Shown here: positions 27,990 to 38,248 of the stretch, piece after piece
How the letters are laid out: every line of letters starts with the position of its first letter
Numbering within the stretch: position 1 is the stretch's first letter
NCBI GenBank assembly: GCA_020718205.1
Contig: DYSN01000002.1
Span: forward strand, 7,172-71,171
From: Draconibacterium orientale
GTDB lineage: Bacteria; Bacteroidota; Bacteroidia; Bacteroidales; UBA12170
Reading direction: 5' to 3'
Length of the DNA: 64,000 nucleotides
Translations under genes and position numbers: made by a program
The notes under the pieces: model-generated
The model's database searches: none
Told to the model about the DNA's origin: nothing
The model's input: only the letters and a program-made list of their open reading frames with translations

Positions 27990-29642
27990 ATGAAAAATCT
28001 AAACGTTTCGACCAAGCTTATCATCCTGATAGTTACCATGGGAATCATGGGAACTTTTGTGGGTATTTTTGGCATCAATAAAATAAAACAAACCAACAAT
28101 AAATTGGAGCACACCTTTAAAAACGCTTTAATTCCGTTTCAATACCTTAAAAACATTGCCGATGTTTATGCCATCACAGTGCCCAAAACGGTGGATAAAA
28201 TTTATGCCGGCGAGCATAGCTGGCTTTCGGGGAAAGAAAAGATAGAAATGGCTCTGGATCAGGCCAATATCAATTGGAATGAATACAAAAAACTCCCCAA
28301 GGATGAACGTGAAAACATGATGATGTCCGATTTGGAACTCCAGTTTATCAGTGCTCAGGCCAATTTGGAAAACCTTCGTCAGGTGCTGCTGTCGCACGAT
28401 ACCAACGCGCTTAAACGCTACAATACCAGCAGTTTAAACTTAGTAATAACTCCCATCAGCAAAAAAATTGACGAGCTGAGTCAATATCAGATTGATAAAG
28501 CCGGGGGAATATTCAACAGCAGTCTGGAAAATTATAAAAATGCCGTCATCACCTTTATCATCATTCTTTTCATGGGGGTTTTTATAAGCATGCTGATGGC
28601 TGTTTATATTCTGCGGGGCATCAATCAATCGTTGGGAACCGCCAACGACACCATCGACAAATTGGCTAAAGGCGATTTGAGTTTCGAAATAGAAAAACAA
28701 GCCGAATACGACTTTGGCCACCTGCTAAACAACCTGCGAAATCTAAGCCTGAAACTGAAAGATGTGCTCATAACCGCGCAAACCGCCAGCTCCAATATTG
28801 CCATTACCAGCAACGAAATGAGCAGCAATAGCCAGCAAGTGAGCCAGGGAGCCACCGAGCAAGCTGCATCGGTTGAAGAAATGGCTGCCAGTATGGAAGA
28901 AATATCGAGCAATATTCAGCAAAATTCTGATAATGCCCTAAAAACCAAAAAGATAAGTGCCAAAGCAGCTGCCGAAATTGAAGAAGGCAGGCACAATATT
29001 AACACCACCGTCGATAGCATGCAAACCATAGCTTCTAAAATCAGCATCATTGGCGAGATCGCTTTTCAAACCAATATTCTGGCCCTCAATGCCGCTGTAG
29101 AAGCTGCCCGGGCCGGTGAACACGGCAAGGGATTTGGCGTGGTGGCTGCCGAGGTTGGCAAATTGGCCGAACGAAGCAAAGTGGCAGCTGCCGAAATTGA
29201 TGCCCTCAGCAAATCAGGGGTAGAAATTGCTCTGAAATCGAAAGCCATGCTCAATATGTTTGTGCCCAGCATCGAAGAAACCAGCCGTTTAGTCGAAGAA
29301 ATAAGCAATGCCAGTGTGGAACAAAATTCGGGGGTGGAACAGATTAACGATGCCATTCAGATGCTGAATCAGGTGACGCAGCAAAATGCCGCCGCCAGCG
29401 AAGAAATGGCCACCGTTTCCGAAGAGCTCGCCGCTCAGGCCATGCAGCTTCGCAATACCATTTCGTTCTTTAAACTCGGCAACGAAGGCGATTTCAATTT
29501 AGAAACCAATAGCCGGAAAAAACCCAACCGATACATCGAACAGCCCAAAAGTTTTGCTTCAAATTCGCGAAGCCGTAATGAAGGTTTTAACCTGGATTTA
29601 AGCAAAGGCGATAAACTCGACAACGATTTCGAAACCTTCTAA
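27990..29642 (+). CDS. Methyl-accepting chemotaxis protein (four-helix-bundle sensor, HAMP, C-terminal pentapeptide)
   Basis: Two TMs, [33 protein letters not shown] hairpin tip, ends DFETF. Confidence 0.96.
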   Translation: MKNLNVSTKLIILIVTMGIMGTFVGIFGINKIKQTNNKLEHTFKNALIPFQYLKNIADVYAITVPKTVDKIYAGEHSWLSGKEKIEMALDQANINWNEYKKLPKDERENMMMSDLELQFISAQANLENLRQVLLSHDTNALKRYNTSSLNLVITPISKKIDELSQYQIDKAGGIFNSSLENYKNAVITFIIILFMGVFISMLMAVYILRGINQSLGTANDTIDKLAKGDLSFEIEKQAEYDFGHLLNNLRNLSLKLKDVLITAQTASSNIAITSNEMSSNSQQVSQGATEQAASVEEMAASMEEISSNIQQNSDNALKTKKISAKAAAEIEEGRHNINTTVDSMQTIASKISIIGEIAFQTNILALNAAVEAARAGEHGKGFGVVAAEVGKLAERSKVAAAEIDALSKSGVEIALKSKAMLNMFVPSIEETSRLVEEISNASVEQNSGVEQINDAIQMLNQVTQQNAAASEEMATVSEELAAQAMQLRNTISFFKLGNEGDFNLETNSRKKPNRYIEQPKSFASNSRSRNEGFNLDLSKGDKLDNDFETF

Positions 29643-29645
29643 CCC

Positions 29646-30503
29646 ATGACCGGAGCGCCCAATACCACTGCCTATAATGCCCAGATGACCACTTACGAGT
29701 TCAGTCGCATCAGTGAGTTTATCGAAGGTAATTTTGGCATCAAACTACCCGCCCAGAAACGAATTATGGTGCAGGGTCGTTTGCACAAGCGGCTATTGGC
29801 GCTCAACATGACAAATTTCGGAAGCTATGTTCAGTATCTTTTTTCGGAAGAAGGTCATCTGAAAGAAATTCCAGTAATGGTGGATCTAATATCGACCAAC
29901 AAAACAAATTTCTTTCGCGAGTCGGCTCATTTCAACACCCTAACCGATGTGGTACTTTCTGAGTTTGTTAAGAAAAACTATAAATCCACCCTCAAGGTTT
30001 GGAGCGCAGGCTGCAGCAGTGGCGAAGAAGTTTACACCTTGTCCATGATTCTCAGCGAGTTCCTGGAGCACTACCAGAGCTTCAACTACAAAATTCTGGG
30101 CACCGACATCAGCCGCAGAATGCTCGAAAAAGCCGCCAAAGCCATTTACAATATGAACGAAATTGATGGCATTCCCTTGGTTTTAAAGAAAAAATACCTG
30201 CTCCGAAATAAAAACAGAACCATTCAAAATGTGCGTATTGTGCCTGAATTGCGCCACAAAACTGAGTTTGCCTGGCTCAACTTTATGGATCAGGATTACA
30301 AACTCAACCAGCAATTCGATGTGGTGTTTTGCCGCAATGTGCTCATCTATTTTGAAAGAGCCGTTCAGGAAGCAGTATTGCAAAAAATTCTTCGAAACAT
30401 AAAACCCGGCGGATATCTGTTTCTCGGTCATTCAGAATCTATTACCGACATGAACCTTCAGGTTACCAAAATATCGCCAACTGTCTATAGAAAAACCAAA
30501 TAG
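29646..30503 (+). CDS. cheR: Chemotaxis methyltransferase CheR
   Basis: TNKTNFFRE, WSAGCSSGEEVY, GTDIS, FCRNVLIYF, LFLGHSES. Confidence 0.96.
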   Translation: MTGAPNTTAYNAQMTTYEFSRISEFIEGNFGIKLPAQKRIMVQGRLHKRLLALNMTNFGSYVQYLFSEEGHLKEIPVMVDLISTNKTNFFRESAHFNTLTDVVLSEFVKKNYKSTLKVWSAGCSSGEEVYTLSMILSEFLEHYQSFNYKILGTDISRRMLEKAAKAIYNMNEIDGIPLVLKKKYLLRNKNRTIQNVRIVPELRHKTEFAWLNFMDQDYKLNQQFDVVFCRNVLIYFERAVQEAVLQKILRNIKPGGYLFLGHSESITDMNLQVTKISPTVYRKTK

Positions 30504-30506
30504 CCT

Positions 30507-31361
30507 ATGAATTCACTAAACGATTTGCAAGAACAAGCAGAAAATTTAAAGAATGAAAATCTGATTCTGCAGAAACAGCTCGCCAAACTCAACGAGAAAC
30601 TGCGCGAGTCGGAAGCCTTTAAGGGTCACTTTATTTCGAATATTACTAACGAGATCGTAAACCCCTTCACCTCCATTCTGGGTTTGTCGAAAGGCATTAT
30701 CAGCCTGAACGAGAAGCAAATAGGCCAGATTCATTCCATGGCTCACCTGGTCTTTAACGAAGCCTTCGATTTAGACTTCCAGCTTCAAAACATTTTTGCC
30801 GCCGCTAAAATTGAATCGGGCGAAGTAAATCTGGAATTGTCATCCATTTGTCCGCTCGAAGTTATAGTGGATATCATTGAATCTCTTCGCTTTAAGTCGG
30901 AGAAAAAGAATCAATACATCAGTGTGGATATCCCGGTTGAATTGCCTTATAACCTGGTAACCGACCTGAATAAATATCAGCTGATTATAAAAAATGTAAT
31001 TACCAATGCCATCATTTTCGGCCATGAAAAAACCGCCATCAATGTCCAAATCAAAGCATTGAACGATGGCATTCAGGTTACCATTAACAACAAGGGCAAT
31101 CTGATAGAGCCCGAAGAAATCAATCAGATTTTCGACCGCTTTGTAAAACTCGACAAAACCATCAACAGCATCAATCAGGGTCATGGGTTGGGACTCAGTG
31201 TAACGAAAGCTTATCTGGAACTGCTCGGGGGCGATATTCGTGTAGAAAGCAACCAGGAGAAGGGAAATACTTTTCAGCTTTTCATTCCGCCTTCAAGCTT
31301 TACCAATCATGCACTCATCAGAGAAGACGATTTGTTTATCGATGATACCGAAATCTTTTAG
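30507..31361 (+). CDS. Soluble HisKA/HATPase-fold protein lacking the canonical phosphoacceptor His
   Basis: Coiled coil, H-box position reads FISNITNEIVNPF, N-box KNVITNAI, G1 NNKGNL, G2 GHGLGLSV. Confidence 0.85.
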   Translation: MNSLNDLQEQAENLKNENLILQKQLAKLNEKLRESEAFKGHFISNITNEIVNPFTSILGLSKGIISLNEKQIGQIHSMAHLVFNEAFDLDFQLQNIFAAAKIESGEVNLELSSICPLEVIVDIIESLRFKSEKKNQYISVDIPVELPYNLVTDLNKYQLIIKNVITNAIIFGHEKTAINVQIKALNDGIQVTINNKGNLIEPEEINQIFDRFVKLDKTINSINQGHGLGLSVTKAYLELLGGDIRVESNQEKGNTFQLFIPPSSFTNHALIREDDLFIDDTEIF

Positions 31362-31364
31362 AAA

Positions 31365-31835
31365 ATGTCGGATCCATTAAAAATATTCATTTACCCAGGG
31401 AAACTTTTTGCTTCCGAAATACCCTACCACCTTTCCACCATTTTGGGAAGTTGCGTGTCGGTTTGTCTGTTCGACGAAGTGAAAAAAATTGGGGGAATGA
31501 ATCATTATATGCTTCCGCTTTGGAACGGCGATGGATTGGCTTCGCCCAAATATGGCAATGTGGCCATCGACTTGCTGCTCCAGAAAATGTATAGCCTTGG
31601 ATGCAGAAAAAACAATATAAAAGCTAAAATATTTGGGGGTGCCGGCGTAATAAAAAACACTTGCGAACTGTATAATATAGGGGAGAGAAACATACAGTTA
31701 GCTCAGGAAATGCTTGGCAAAGAGAACATTAAAATTATTGCAAGCTCTGTGGGGGGAGTTAATGGAAGAAAAATCCTGATGGACACGCAAAGTTTTCAAA
31801 TCAGGCATCAGTTTATCGAAAAACAAAACTTTTAA
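31365..31835 (+). CDS. cheD: Chemoreceptor glutamine deamidase CheD
   Basis: TILGSCVSVCL, GGMNHYMLP, KIFGGA, NIGERN. Confidence 0.96.
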   Translation: MSDPLKIFIYPGKLFASEIPYHLSTILGSCVSVCLFDEVKKIGGMNHYMLPLWNGDGLASPKYGNVAIDLLLQKMYSLGCRKNNIKAKIFGGAGVIKNTCELYNIGERNIQLAQEMLGKENIKIIASSVGGVNGRKILMDTQSFQIRHQFIEKQNF

Positions 31836-31837
31836 TT

Positions 31838-32905
31838 ATGCAACTAACCACACCCATCAAAGTACTCATTGTTGACGATTCGGCAAGTGTCCGGAATCTT
31901 ATAGAATCCTATATCAGCACCGACCCCTCCATACAGGTCATTGGCAAAGCCGGCGACCCTTACGAAGCTGCCGAAATCATCAAAAAGCAAATCCCCGACG
32001 TGATTACCCTCGACATAGAAATGCCCAAAATGGACGGAATCACCTTCCTGCGCAAAATCATGGCTCAGCATCCCATTCCCGTAATTATAGTGTCGAGTCT
32101 TACCAATCAGGGCGCAGTGGCCACCATTAAGGCATTGGAAGCGGGTGCGGTAGAAATCCTTCAAAAGCCCATTCAATATGGCGAAACCAAGGAAGACACT
32201 ATCAGACATATTGTGGGAAAAATAAAAATGGCGCATTTGGCAAGAGTAAAAGCACGAGCCAACAAGTCGTTCGAAATTCACCCCAAACTTTCTGCTGATG
32301 CAGTTTTAAAGAAACTCCAGTATCATTCTGCCTCCACATCATCCGTTTCGGTAGTAGCCATTGGCGCATCGACTGGTGGCACCGAAGCCATTCTCGAAAT
32401 ACTCAAACGACTCAATAACAATTGCCCCGGAATTGTAATTGTGCAACATATGCCCCCACATTTTACCCAGGCTTTTGCCATCCGACTGAACGAAATTTGT
32501 GAAATCGTGGTCAAAGAAGCCTCCGATGGCGATTCTATTCAACGCGGACAAGCGCTTATTTCGCCTGGCGACCGACATATGGTGGTGGAATCTATCGGTG
32601 GTAAAAATAGAGTGAAACTTCTTGACGGGCCACCCGTAAACAGGCACAAGCCGTCTGTGGATGTGCTCTTTAGAAGCATGGCCAACAGAATTGGCCCCAA
32701 AGGCTATGGTTTTCTGTTGACAGGAATGGGCGACGATGGTGCTGCCGGGCTTCTGGAAATGAACGAAACAGGAGCACAAACAGTGGCACAAGACGAAAAA
32801 TCCTGCGTGGTTTATGGAATGCCCCGCGAAGCAGTGAAAATAGGTGCAGCTTCTATAAGCCTGAACCTGACGCAAATAGCCGATTTGATATCGAAAATAA
32901 AATAA
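31838..32905 (+). CDS. cheB: Chemotaxis methylesterase CheB (REC + esterase)
   Basis: TLDIEMP, GASTGG, VQHMP, LTGMGDDGA catalytic residues intact. Confidence 0.97.
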   Translation: MQLTTPIKVLIVDDSASVRNLIESYISTDPSIQVIGKAGDPYEAAEIIKKQIPDVITLDIEMPKMDGITFLRKIMAQHPIPVIIVSSLTNQGAVATIKALEAGAVEILQKPIQYGETKEDTIRHIVGKIKMAHLARVKARANKSFEIHPKLSADAVLKKLQYHSASTSSVSVVAIGASTGGTEAILEILKRLNNNCPGIVIVQHMPPHFTQAFAIRLNEICEIVVKEASDGDSIQRGQALISPGDRHMVVESIGGKNRVKLLDGPPVNRHKPSVDVLFRSMANRIGPKGYGFLLTGMGDDGAAGLLEMNETGAQTVAQDEKSCVVYGMPREAVKIGAASISLNLTQIADLISKIK

Positions 32906-32910
32906 AAAAA

Positions 32911-34440
32911 GTGGAAAATAAAAAGAGAGTTTTAGTAATTGAAGACGATCAGGCAGTGGTGGACCTGCTTCGCGAAAGCTTGAAAGACAACTATCAGGTG
33001 GCTTTGGCACGAAATGGCCGCACAGGAATGAGCAAAGCCTGGGCCAATAGTTTCGATGTGATTCTTTTAGACATCGAACTGGGCGATATTGATGGATTTA
33101 CCATCTGCCGTAAACTCAAAAACCATCCCACCACCAACCACATTCCCATCATTATCATCTCGGTTTTGCACAGCATCGAAAGTACTCTCGAAGGATTTAA
33201 CAGCGGAGCCAGCGATTTTCTCCGCAAGCCGTTTCACCCCGAAGAGCTGAAAAAGAGAATAGAGCTTCATTTGAAAATGAGCGAACTCAACAATCGGCTG
33301 CGGCAGCAGGCCTTGTCGAACCGAAAATCGAAGACCGACTTTTCCATGTTCATCTCCACCCTGGCGCACGAGCTACGAAGCCCTTTGAACAGCATTATTG
33401 GGTTCTCCGAAATTCTCAACGACCTCAACCTGAGCCCAAAAGACCGAAACAATTTTCTCCGCTATATCAATCAGGGGGGACAAAATCTTTTAAAACTCCT
33501 CAACGACTTAATCGATCACTCAAAAATAGAAGCCGAGAATCTCTCCATACATTTCAGCAAGGTTGATGTGAAAAAAGAGCTCGACGAGTTGGTGCATCAA
33601 TATTCCGACGACCTGTTTAAACAAGGCGAAATGAGTAAATCCATTGTTCTCGAAGCCGATTCCTCCGAGAGTAATGTATTGATTTATACCGATATCGTAA
33701 GATTTCTTCAAATCATTAAAAACTTTCTCGAAAATGCAATGAAATACTCCCACGAAAACGGATTGATAACGTTGGGCTATCATTTTCCCGATGCCAATAG
33801 AATTACAGTTTGGGTAAAAGACAGGGGCATTGGCATGGACGACGAAGCCCTTCAAAATCTGTTCAAGCTCGACAATCTCGAAGGCGGATATATTCAGATT
33901 AAAAAATCGGGGAAAGGACTGGGCATGGCTTTGGCCTATAAACTGAGCAATCTGATTGGGGGGCAAATTCATGTGGAAAGCAGACTCAACGATGGAAGCA
34001 CCTTTAGTCTCACCCTGCCCCGCAACTTCATGAACGACGATATCATTAACCAGATTCAGGAAATTCAATCTTACGACTGGAAAGACAAAACCATTCTGAT
34101 AGCCGAAGACGTGATGGTGAACTATCTGTTTTATGTGGCTTTGCTGAAAAAAACCAACGTAAAACTCATTCATGCCAAAGATGGACTCGAAGTGCTCGAT
34201 TTGCTGGAAGAATACACCCCCGATCTCATTCTCATGGATATGGTAATGCCCAAAATGAGCGGATTGGAAGCTACTTTGCAGGTACGGAAATACTTCCCCC
34301 AAATTCCCATTATTGCACAATCGTCGGTAGCCGGACGAGAAGACAAAGAAAGTATTTACAGAGCCGGTTGTAACGACATTATCACCAAACCAATTAAGCC
34401 ACAGATACTTTTAGACAAAATAAACCGGTTTTTTGAGTAA
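32911..34440 (+). CDS. Hybrid histidine kinase (REC-HisKA-HATPase-REC)
   Basis: N-terminal REC (LLDIEL), H-box AHELRSPL, NAMKY, DRGIG, GKGLGM, C-terminal REC (LMDMVMP). Confidence 0.92.
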   Translation: MENKKRVLVIEDDQAVVDLLRESLKDNYQVALARNGRTGMSKAWANSFDVILLDIELGDIDGFTICRKLKNHPTTNHIPIIIISVLHSIESTLEGFNSGASDFLRKPFHPEELKKRIELHLKMSELNNRLRQQALSNRKSKTDFSMFISTLAHELRSPLNSIIGFSEILNDLNLSPKDRNNFLRYINQGGQNLLKLLNDLIDHSKIEAENLSIHFSKVDVKKELDELVHQYSDDLFKQGEMSKSIVLEADSSESNVLIYTDIVRFLQIIKNFLENAMKYSHENGLITLGYHFPDANRITVWVKDRGIGMDDEALQNLFKLDNLEGGYIQIKKSGKGLGMALAYKLSNLIGGQIHVESRLNDGSTFSLTLPRNFMNDDIINQIQEIQSYDWKDKTILIAEDVMVNYLFYVALLKKTNVKLIHAKDGLEVLDLLEEYTPDLILMDMVMPKMSGLEATLQVRKYFPQIPIIAQSSVAGREDKESIYRAGCNDIITKPIKPQILLDKINRFFE

Positions 34441-34622
34441 TAAGAAAATATCAACCCTTGCTAATTTGCCAATTGCAAGCGATATCCGGAAAATGATTTG
34501 CTGCTAAAGGAGATTGATGATTTCGATCCACAAACCTGTCCACAGCAACCGAACATTGAAACGAAGCACAAATCAATATTTAACCTTTCAGCCATCATTT
34601 TCATGCATATGCCTTTAATAGT

Positions 34623-34925
34623 TTAGGCTCCTTGTTTCGGGTTTATTTTTAGTCTATTTGCCTTCACGTTTCTAATGAAGTTGAATGAGTACTTGACACT
34701 TACTGTCAAATGAAAAAGTAATAATGATTTGATAAATTATCTTTGCCAACAACAAATCTCGAACCTTCATTATAGTATAAACTAAAATCAGGTTTATTGT
34801 CTAAATACTGCTTCTCAGATAGTTTTAATGCTCTCTTAGCAAATTCTATTACTTCTAAACGCAAATAGTGCAGAAATCACTGCCGCAATTGCAGAAATTA
34901 TTGCAATTTTTGTATCAGTACTCAT
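34623..34925 (-). pseudogene. Frameshifted AT-rich cassette-like gene
   Basis: ATG at 34925 gives MSTDTKIAIISAIAAVISALFAFRSNRI, then a stop. A shifted frame continues AKRALKLSEKQYLDNKPDFSLYYNEG. The 3' end is approximate. Confidence 0.5.
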
Positions 34926-35002
34926 CTAATCTAAAATTTAAAAAGTTCTGTTTCATCGATTCACTGTCCTTTAGGTGGGCATAACACGTTTATATATTCA
35001 AC

Positions 35003-35212
35003 TCAAAAAGGAGAGTGGCATTTATTGCGTATATGTCGCAAATTAGAATTTTTCATTAAATAATCCAGCGGGCTCTCTATATTTTTATTATTAATTTCAA
35101 TAGTTTTTGTGTGAATCTCTGTGGTTTTTGGAGATTCGTGGCCCAACATCATTTGTATTTTGCGCAAAATATCAATTGCAAACAACATCTTTAGCAAGCT
35201 ATGGCAATGCAA
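35003..35212 (-). pseudogene. C-terminal remnant of a tyrosine recombinase (XerC/D- or integron-integrase-like)
   Basis: LRKIQMMLGHESPKTTEIHT...IESPLD matches the LGH..x.TT.IYT...I.SPLD tail, with the catalytic Tyr read as His. The rest of the gene is missing. Confidence 0.75.
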
Positions 35213-35298
35213 ATCAATTCCTCAATCGAGATTAAAAAAAACGGTTCTTTTCTTGATATGCAGAGTATTAAGCTCTCAGCAAACCATTTGGTTAAAGA

Positions 35299-36663
35299 CT
35301 ATTTCTTGAGCAAACTATCTGCCAAATCGCCATAGTTAACACCATCGAAATTACCAGAACTCATGAGCAATAAATTGGCTTTTTCCCAAGTCTGTTGCAG
35401 TAAGAGTTGCTGGAGTGCAGCCGAATCGGTCATCACCACCAAATCGGGGCGGTCAAAGGCTGCTTTCACCTGCTCCACGCTGATGGGTTCCAAACGCTTA
35501 TGCTCTATGGTATGCGGATTGAAATACACAATGGCCAAATCGGCCCGATTCATACTTCCGCTATATTCGGCCAAAAAATGACTGTTCAAACTGCTAAAAG
35601 TGTGCAACTCCATACAGGCCACCAAACGGCGGTCGGCAAATTGCTCTTTCACAGCTGCGGTGGTCGCTTTTAGCTTCGACGGGCTGTGGGCAAAGTCTTT
35701 AAAAATAGTCGTCGCCTGAGTTTTCGCAACGATTTCCAGTCGGTTACTCGCTCCCTTAAATCGCGATATGGCTTCATAAAATGCCCCCCCCGAAATACCA
35801 ATTTGCTCACAAACCAAACGTGCGCCCTCCAGATTCATGAGATTGTGTTTGCCAAAAACCGATAATTGAAAGGTTTCTCCATCATAAACCACCTCTGTAC
35901 GATAGTCTTTTGCGTTGATGTGAAAATCCGGAATATGATAGGGGAATTGCTGAATATCGTGGCGGGCATTTAGAGCCAAGGTTTCCAGATGCCTGTCGTC
36001 CTGAGAGTAAATAAGACTTCCGCCGGGTTCAATCAATTCGATAAACTGCTGAAACTGGTTTTTGTATATTTCGAAGGTTGGAAACACGTTTATATGATCC
36101 CAGGCAATGCCGCTCAATAGTGCAATATGGGGATGATAAAGATGAAACTTTGGCCGCCTGTCCATGGGCGACGACAGATATTCATCGCCTTCGAGAACAA
36201 TATAAGGTGCATTGCTCAGCTTCACCATCACTTCAAAACCTTCTAACTTACTGCCCACCATATAATCGGTATCGATGCCCAATTCCTGAAATGAATGGAG
36301 TATCATGGCTGTGATGGTGGTTTTACCGTGACTTCCGCCAATCACAATGCGGGTTTTATTCTTCGATTGGTCGTAAAGAAATTCGGGATAGGAGAATATC
36401 ACCAATCCCAGCTCTTTGGCTCTCTGAAGCTCGGGATTGTCGCCGCATGCATGCATGCCCAAAATAATGGCATCAATATCTTTGTTTAATATGTTAGGTT
36501 GCCAACCCATTTTTGCGGGTAAAAGGCCATATTTTTGAAGCCTGCTCTTAGCTGGATCGAATATTTCATCGTCAGAACCCGTTACATGAAACCCTTTTAA
36601 ATGAAGGGCAATGGCCAGATTGTGCATGGCTGCCCCGCCAATGGCAATAAAATGATAGCGCAT
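35299..36663 (-). CDS. Mur ligase family protein (Mpl/MurC-like)
   Basis: HFIAIGGAAM, GSHGKTT, EGDEY, IAWDHINVF, DFAHSP, ELHTFSS, MSSGNF. Confidence 0.9.
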   Translation of the reverse strand: MRYHFIAIGGAAMHNLAIALHLKGFHVTGSDDEIFDPAKSRLQKYGLLPAKMGWQPNILNKDIDAIILGMHACGDNPELQRAKELGLVIFSYPEFLYDQSKNKTRIVIGGSHGKTTITAMILHSFQELGIDTDYMVGSKLEGFEVMVKLSNAPYIVLEGDEYLSSPMDRRPKFHLYHPHIALLSGIAWDHINVFPTFEIYKNQFQQFIELIEPGGSLIYSQDDRHLETLALNARHDIQQFPYHIPDFHINAKDYRTEVVYDGETFQLSVFGKHNLMNLEGARLVCEQIGISGGAFYEAISRFKGASNRLEIVAKTQATTIFKDFAHSPSKLKATTAAVKEQFADRRLVACMELHTFSSLNSHFLAEYSGSMNRADLAIVYFNPHTIEHKRLEPISVEQVKAAFDRPDLVVMTDSAALQQLLLQQTWEKANLLLMSSGNFDGVNYGDLADSLLKK

Positions 36664-36794
36664 TTGTGATGTGTTTTATCAAAAGTACAACCAATAGAAG
36701 TCTAAAAACATATTTTTGTTTTCACTTTGTTAACAACAATATTTTAATTATATTTGTTCATCAACCCAAATAACAGTCTGTAAATCTTGTTATT

Positions 36795-37319
36795 ATGAAA
36801 GCTTTAGGTTCCCTTATTATTGTTCTTGTTTCGGTAGCGATGATATCGTGCAGCAATGTGGTTTATCGGCAAGCCATGCCCGTGAACCAACCCCAACTCA
36901 CTGAATTTCCAGAATTTCTCCATGGTAATTGGATTGATGCCGAAAACGACACTTTATTCATTGGTCAAACTGATTTCCGCTATGGAAATTTCAACGGCTC
37001 ATCGCTGTTTGCGGGGAGTTTGAACAACGAGACTGTTCTGAAACAGATGGGTCATTTTTTCCTGCTCAATTTCAAAAACCCCGAAGGATACTGGGAAATT
37101 GTTGCCACGCATTGCGATACCACCAACCTTTATATTTATTGTGTGGATGTGGAAAACGAAATCCAGCTGAAGGCGCTGAACAGTCATTTGAAAAAAAGAA
37201 ATGCCAAATCACTGCGAAAGGAAGGGAAATATATGATCGATCCAACCACCAAAGAATTTCTCGATTTGCTTCAGGATGAACAAATATGCAAAGTTTCAAC
37301 TCTTAAAAAACTGAATTAG
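36795..37319 (+). CDS. Hypothetical lipoprotein
   Basis: Lipobox MISC, 174 aa, TATATTTG element upstream. Confidence 0.65.
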   Translation: MKALGSLIIVLVSVAMISCSNVVYRQAMPVNQPQLTEFPEFLHGNWIDAENDTLFIGQTDFRYGNFNGSSLFAGSLNNETVLKQMGHFFLLNFKNPEGYWEIVATHCDTTNLYIYCVDVENEIQLKALNSHLKKRNAKSLRKEGKYMIDPTTKEFLDLLQDEQICKVSTLKKLN

Positions 37320-37393
37320 AACCTGTTGACAGTTTTTCACTCACCCGAATTCAGAAAAACAGGTCATTTCAGACATTTAATAAAACCGACAAC

Positions 37394-38248
37394 ATGAAGA
37401 AAGCCATCACCAACACCATCAGGTTCTTTGACCACTTGAACGAAACCTGGGAGAGCAAAAAGGGACAAAAATTTTTAGCCCTGATTCTTGTTTACACGTT
37501 TCTGGTTTCGCTGCTCCTTTCTTTTATCAAATATTTGAATCTGGTTTCGCCCGAAATAGAAGCTTTTTTGCCCGCCAATATTTTCACTTCCATAGAAATC
37601 AGCTTCTCCCTTTTACTTCTGATTGAGATTGTGAGCTTAGTTTTCAGCCTGTCTCATTCCATCACAGCATCGGTTGTTAAGCAGTTGGAAATCCTGAGCC
37701 TCATACTGCTTCGTAATGCCTTTAAACAGTTTGGGGAGTTCTATCAGGTAATCAACTGGGAGAACTATAGCCCCATTATCAGCATGCTGTTAGATGCCTT
37801 TGGTGCCATGGTCATTTTCGTTATCATTCTATTGATTTATAGAACATTAAAGCATTTACCCATCACCGAAGATCCTGCCAGCCAAACCCGATTTATTATA
37901 TTTAAAAAGCTTACAGGGCTGGGATTGTTTTTGGTTTTTCTAATATCAGGTTTCTACGATATCAGTCTCTATTTGCACCATGAACATCCCTTCGATTTTT
38001 TTAAAACCTTTTATACCATACTCATTTTCACCGATATATTCTTGGTTCTGGTGGCGCTTCGTTATAATTTCTCCTATATTGTGGTATTCAGAAATTCGGC
38101 GTTTGCAGTGGCCACGGTAATTATTCGCATGGCACTTTCAGCACCCATCTATTACAATATTGCTTTGGGGGTTTTGGCCGCTTTGTTTATTTTTGGAATC
38201 ACCTATTTTTATACCAAATTCAGGCATTGCCAATCACAAAACAGCTAA
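37394..38248 (+). CDS. Hypothetical polytopic membrane protein
   Basis: About eight hydrophobic segments, QLEILSLILLRNAFK motif. Confidence 0.7.
   Translation: MKKAITNTIRFFDHLNETWESKKGQKFLALILVYTFLVSLLLSFIKYLNLVSPEIEAFLPANIFTSIEISFSLLLLIEIVSLVFSLSHSITASVVKQLEILSLILLRNAFKQFGEFYQVINWENYSPIISMLLDAFGAMVIFVIILLIYRTLKHLPITEDPASQTRFIIFKKLTGLGLFLVFLISGFYDISLYLHHEHPFDFFKTFYTILIFTDIFLVLVALRYNFSYIVVFRNSAFAVATVIIRMALSAPIYYNIALGVLAALFIFGITYFYTKFRHCQSQNS

Noticed and set aside
32339-34320. Minus-strand ORFs of 223 and 266 aa
   Set aside because: Shadows of cheB and the hybrid kinase.
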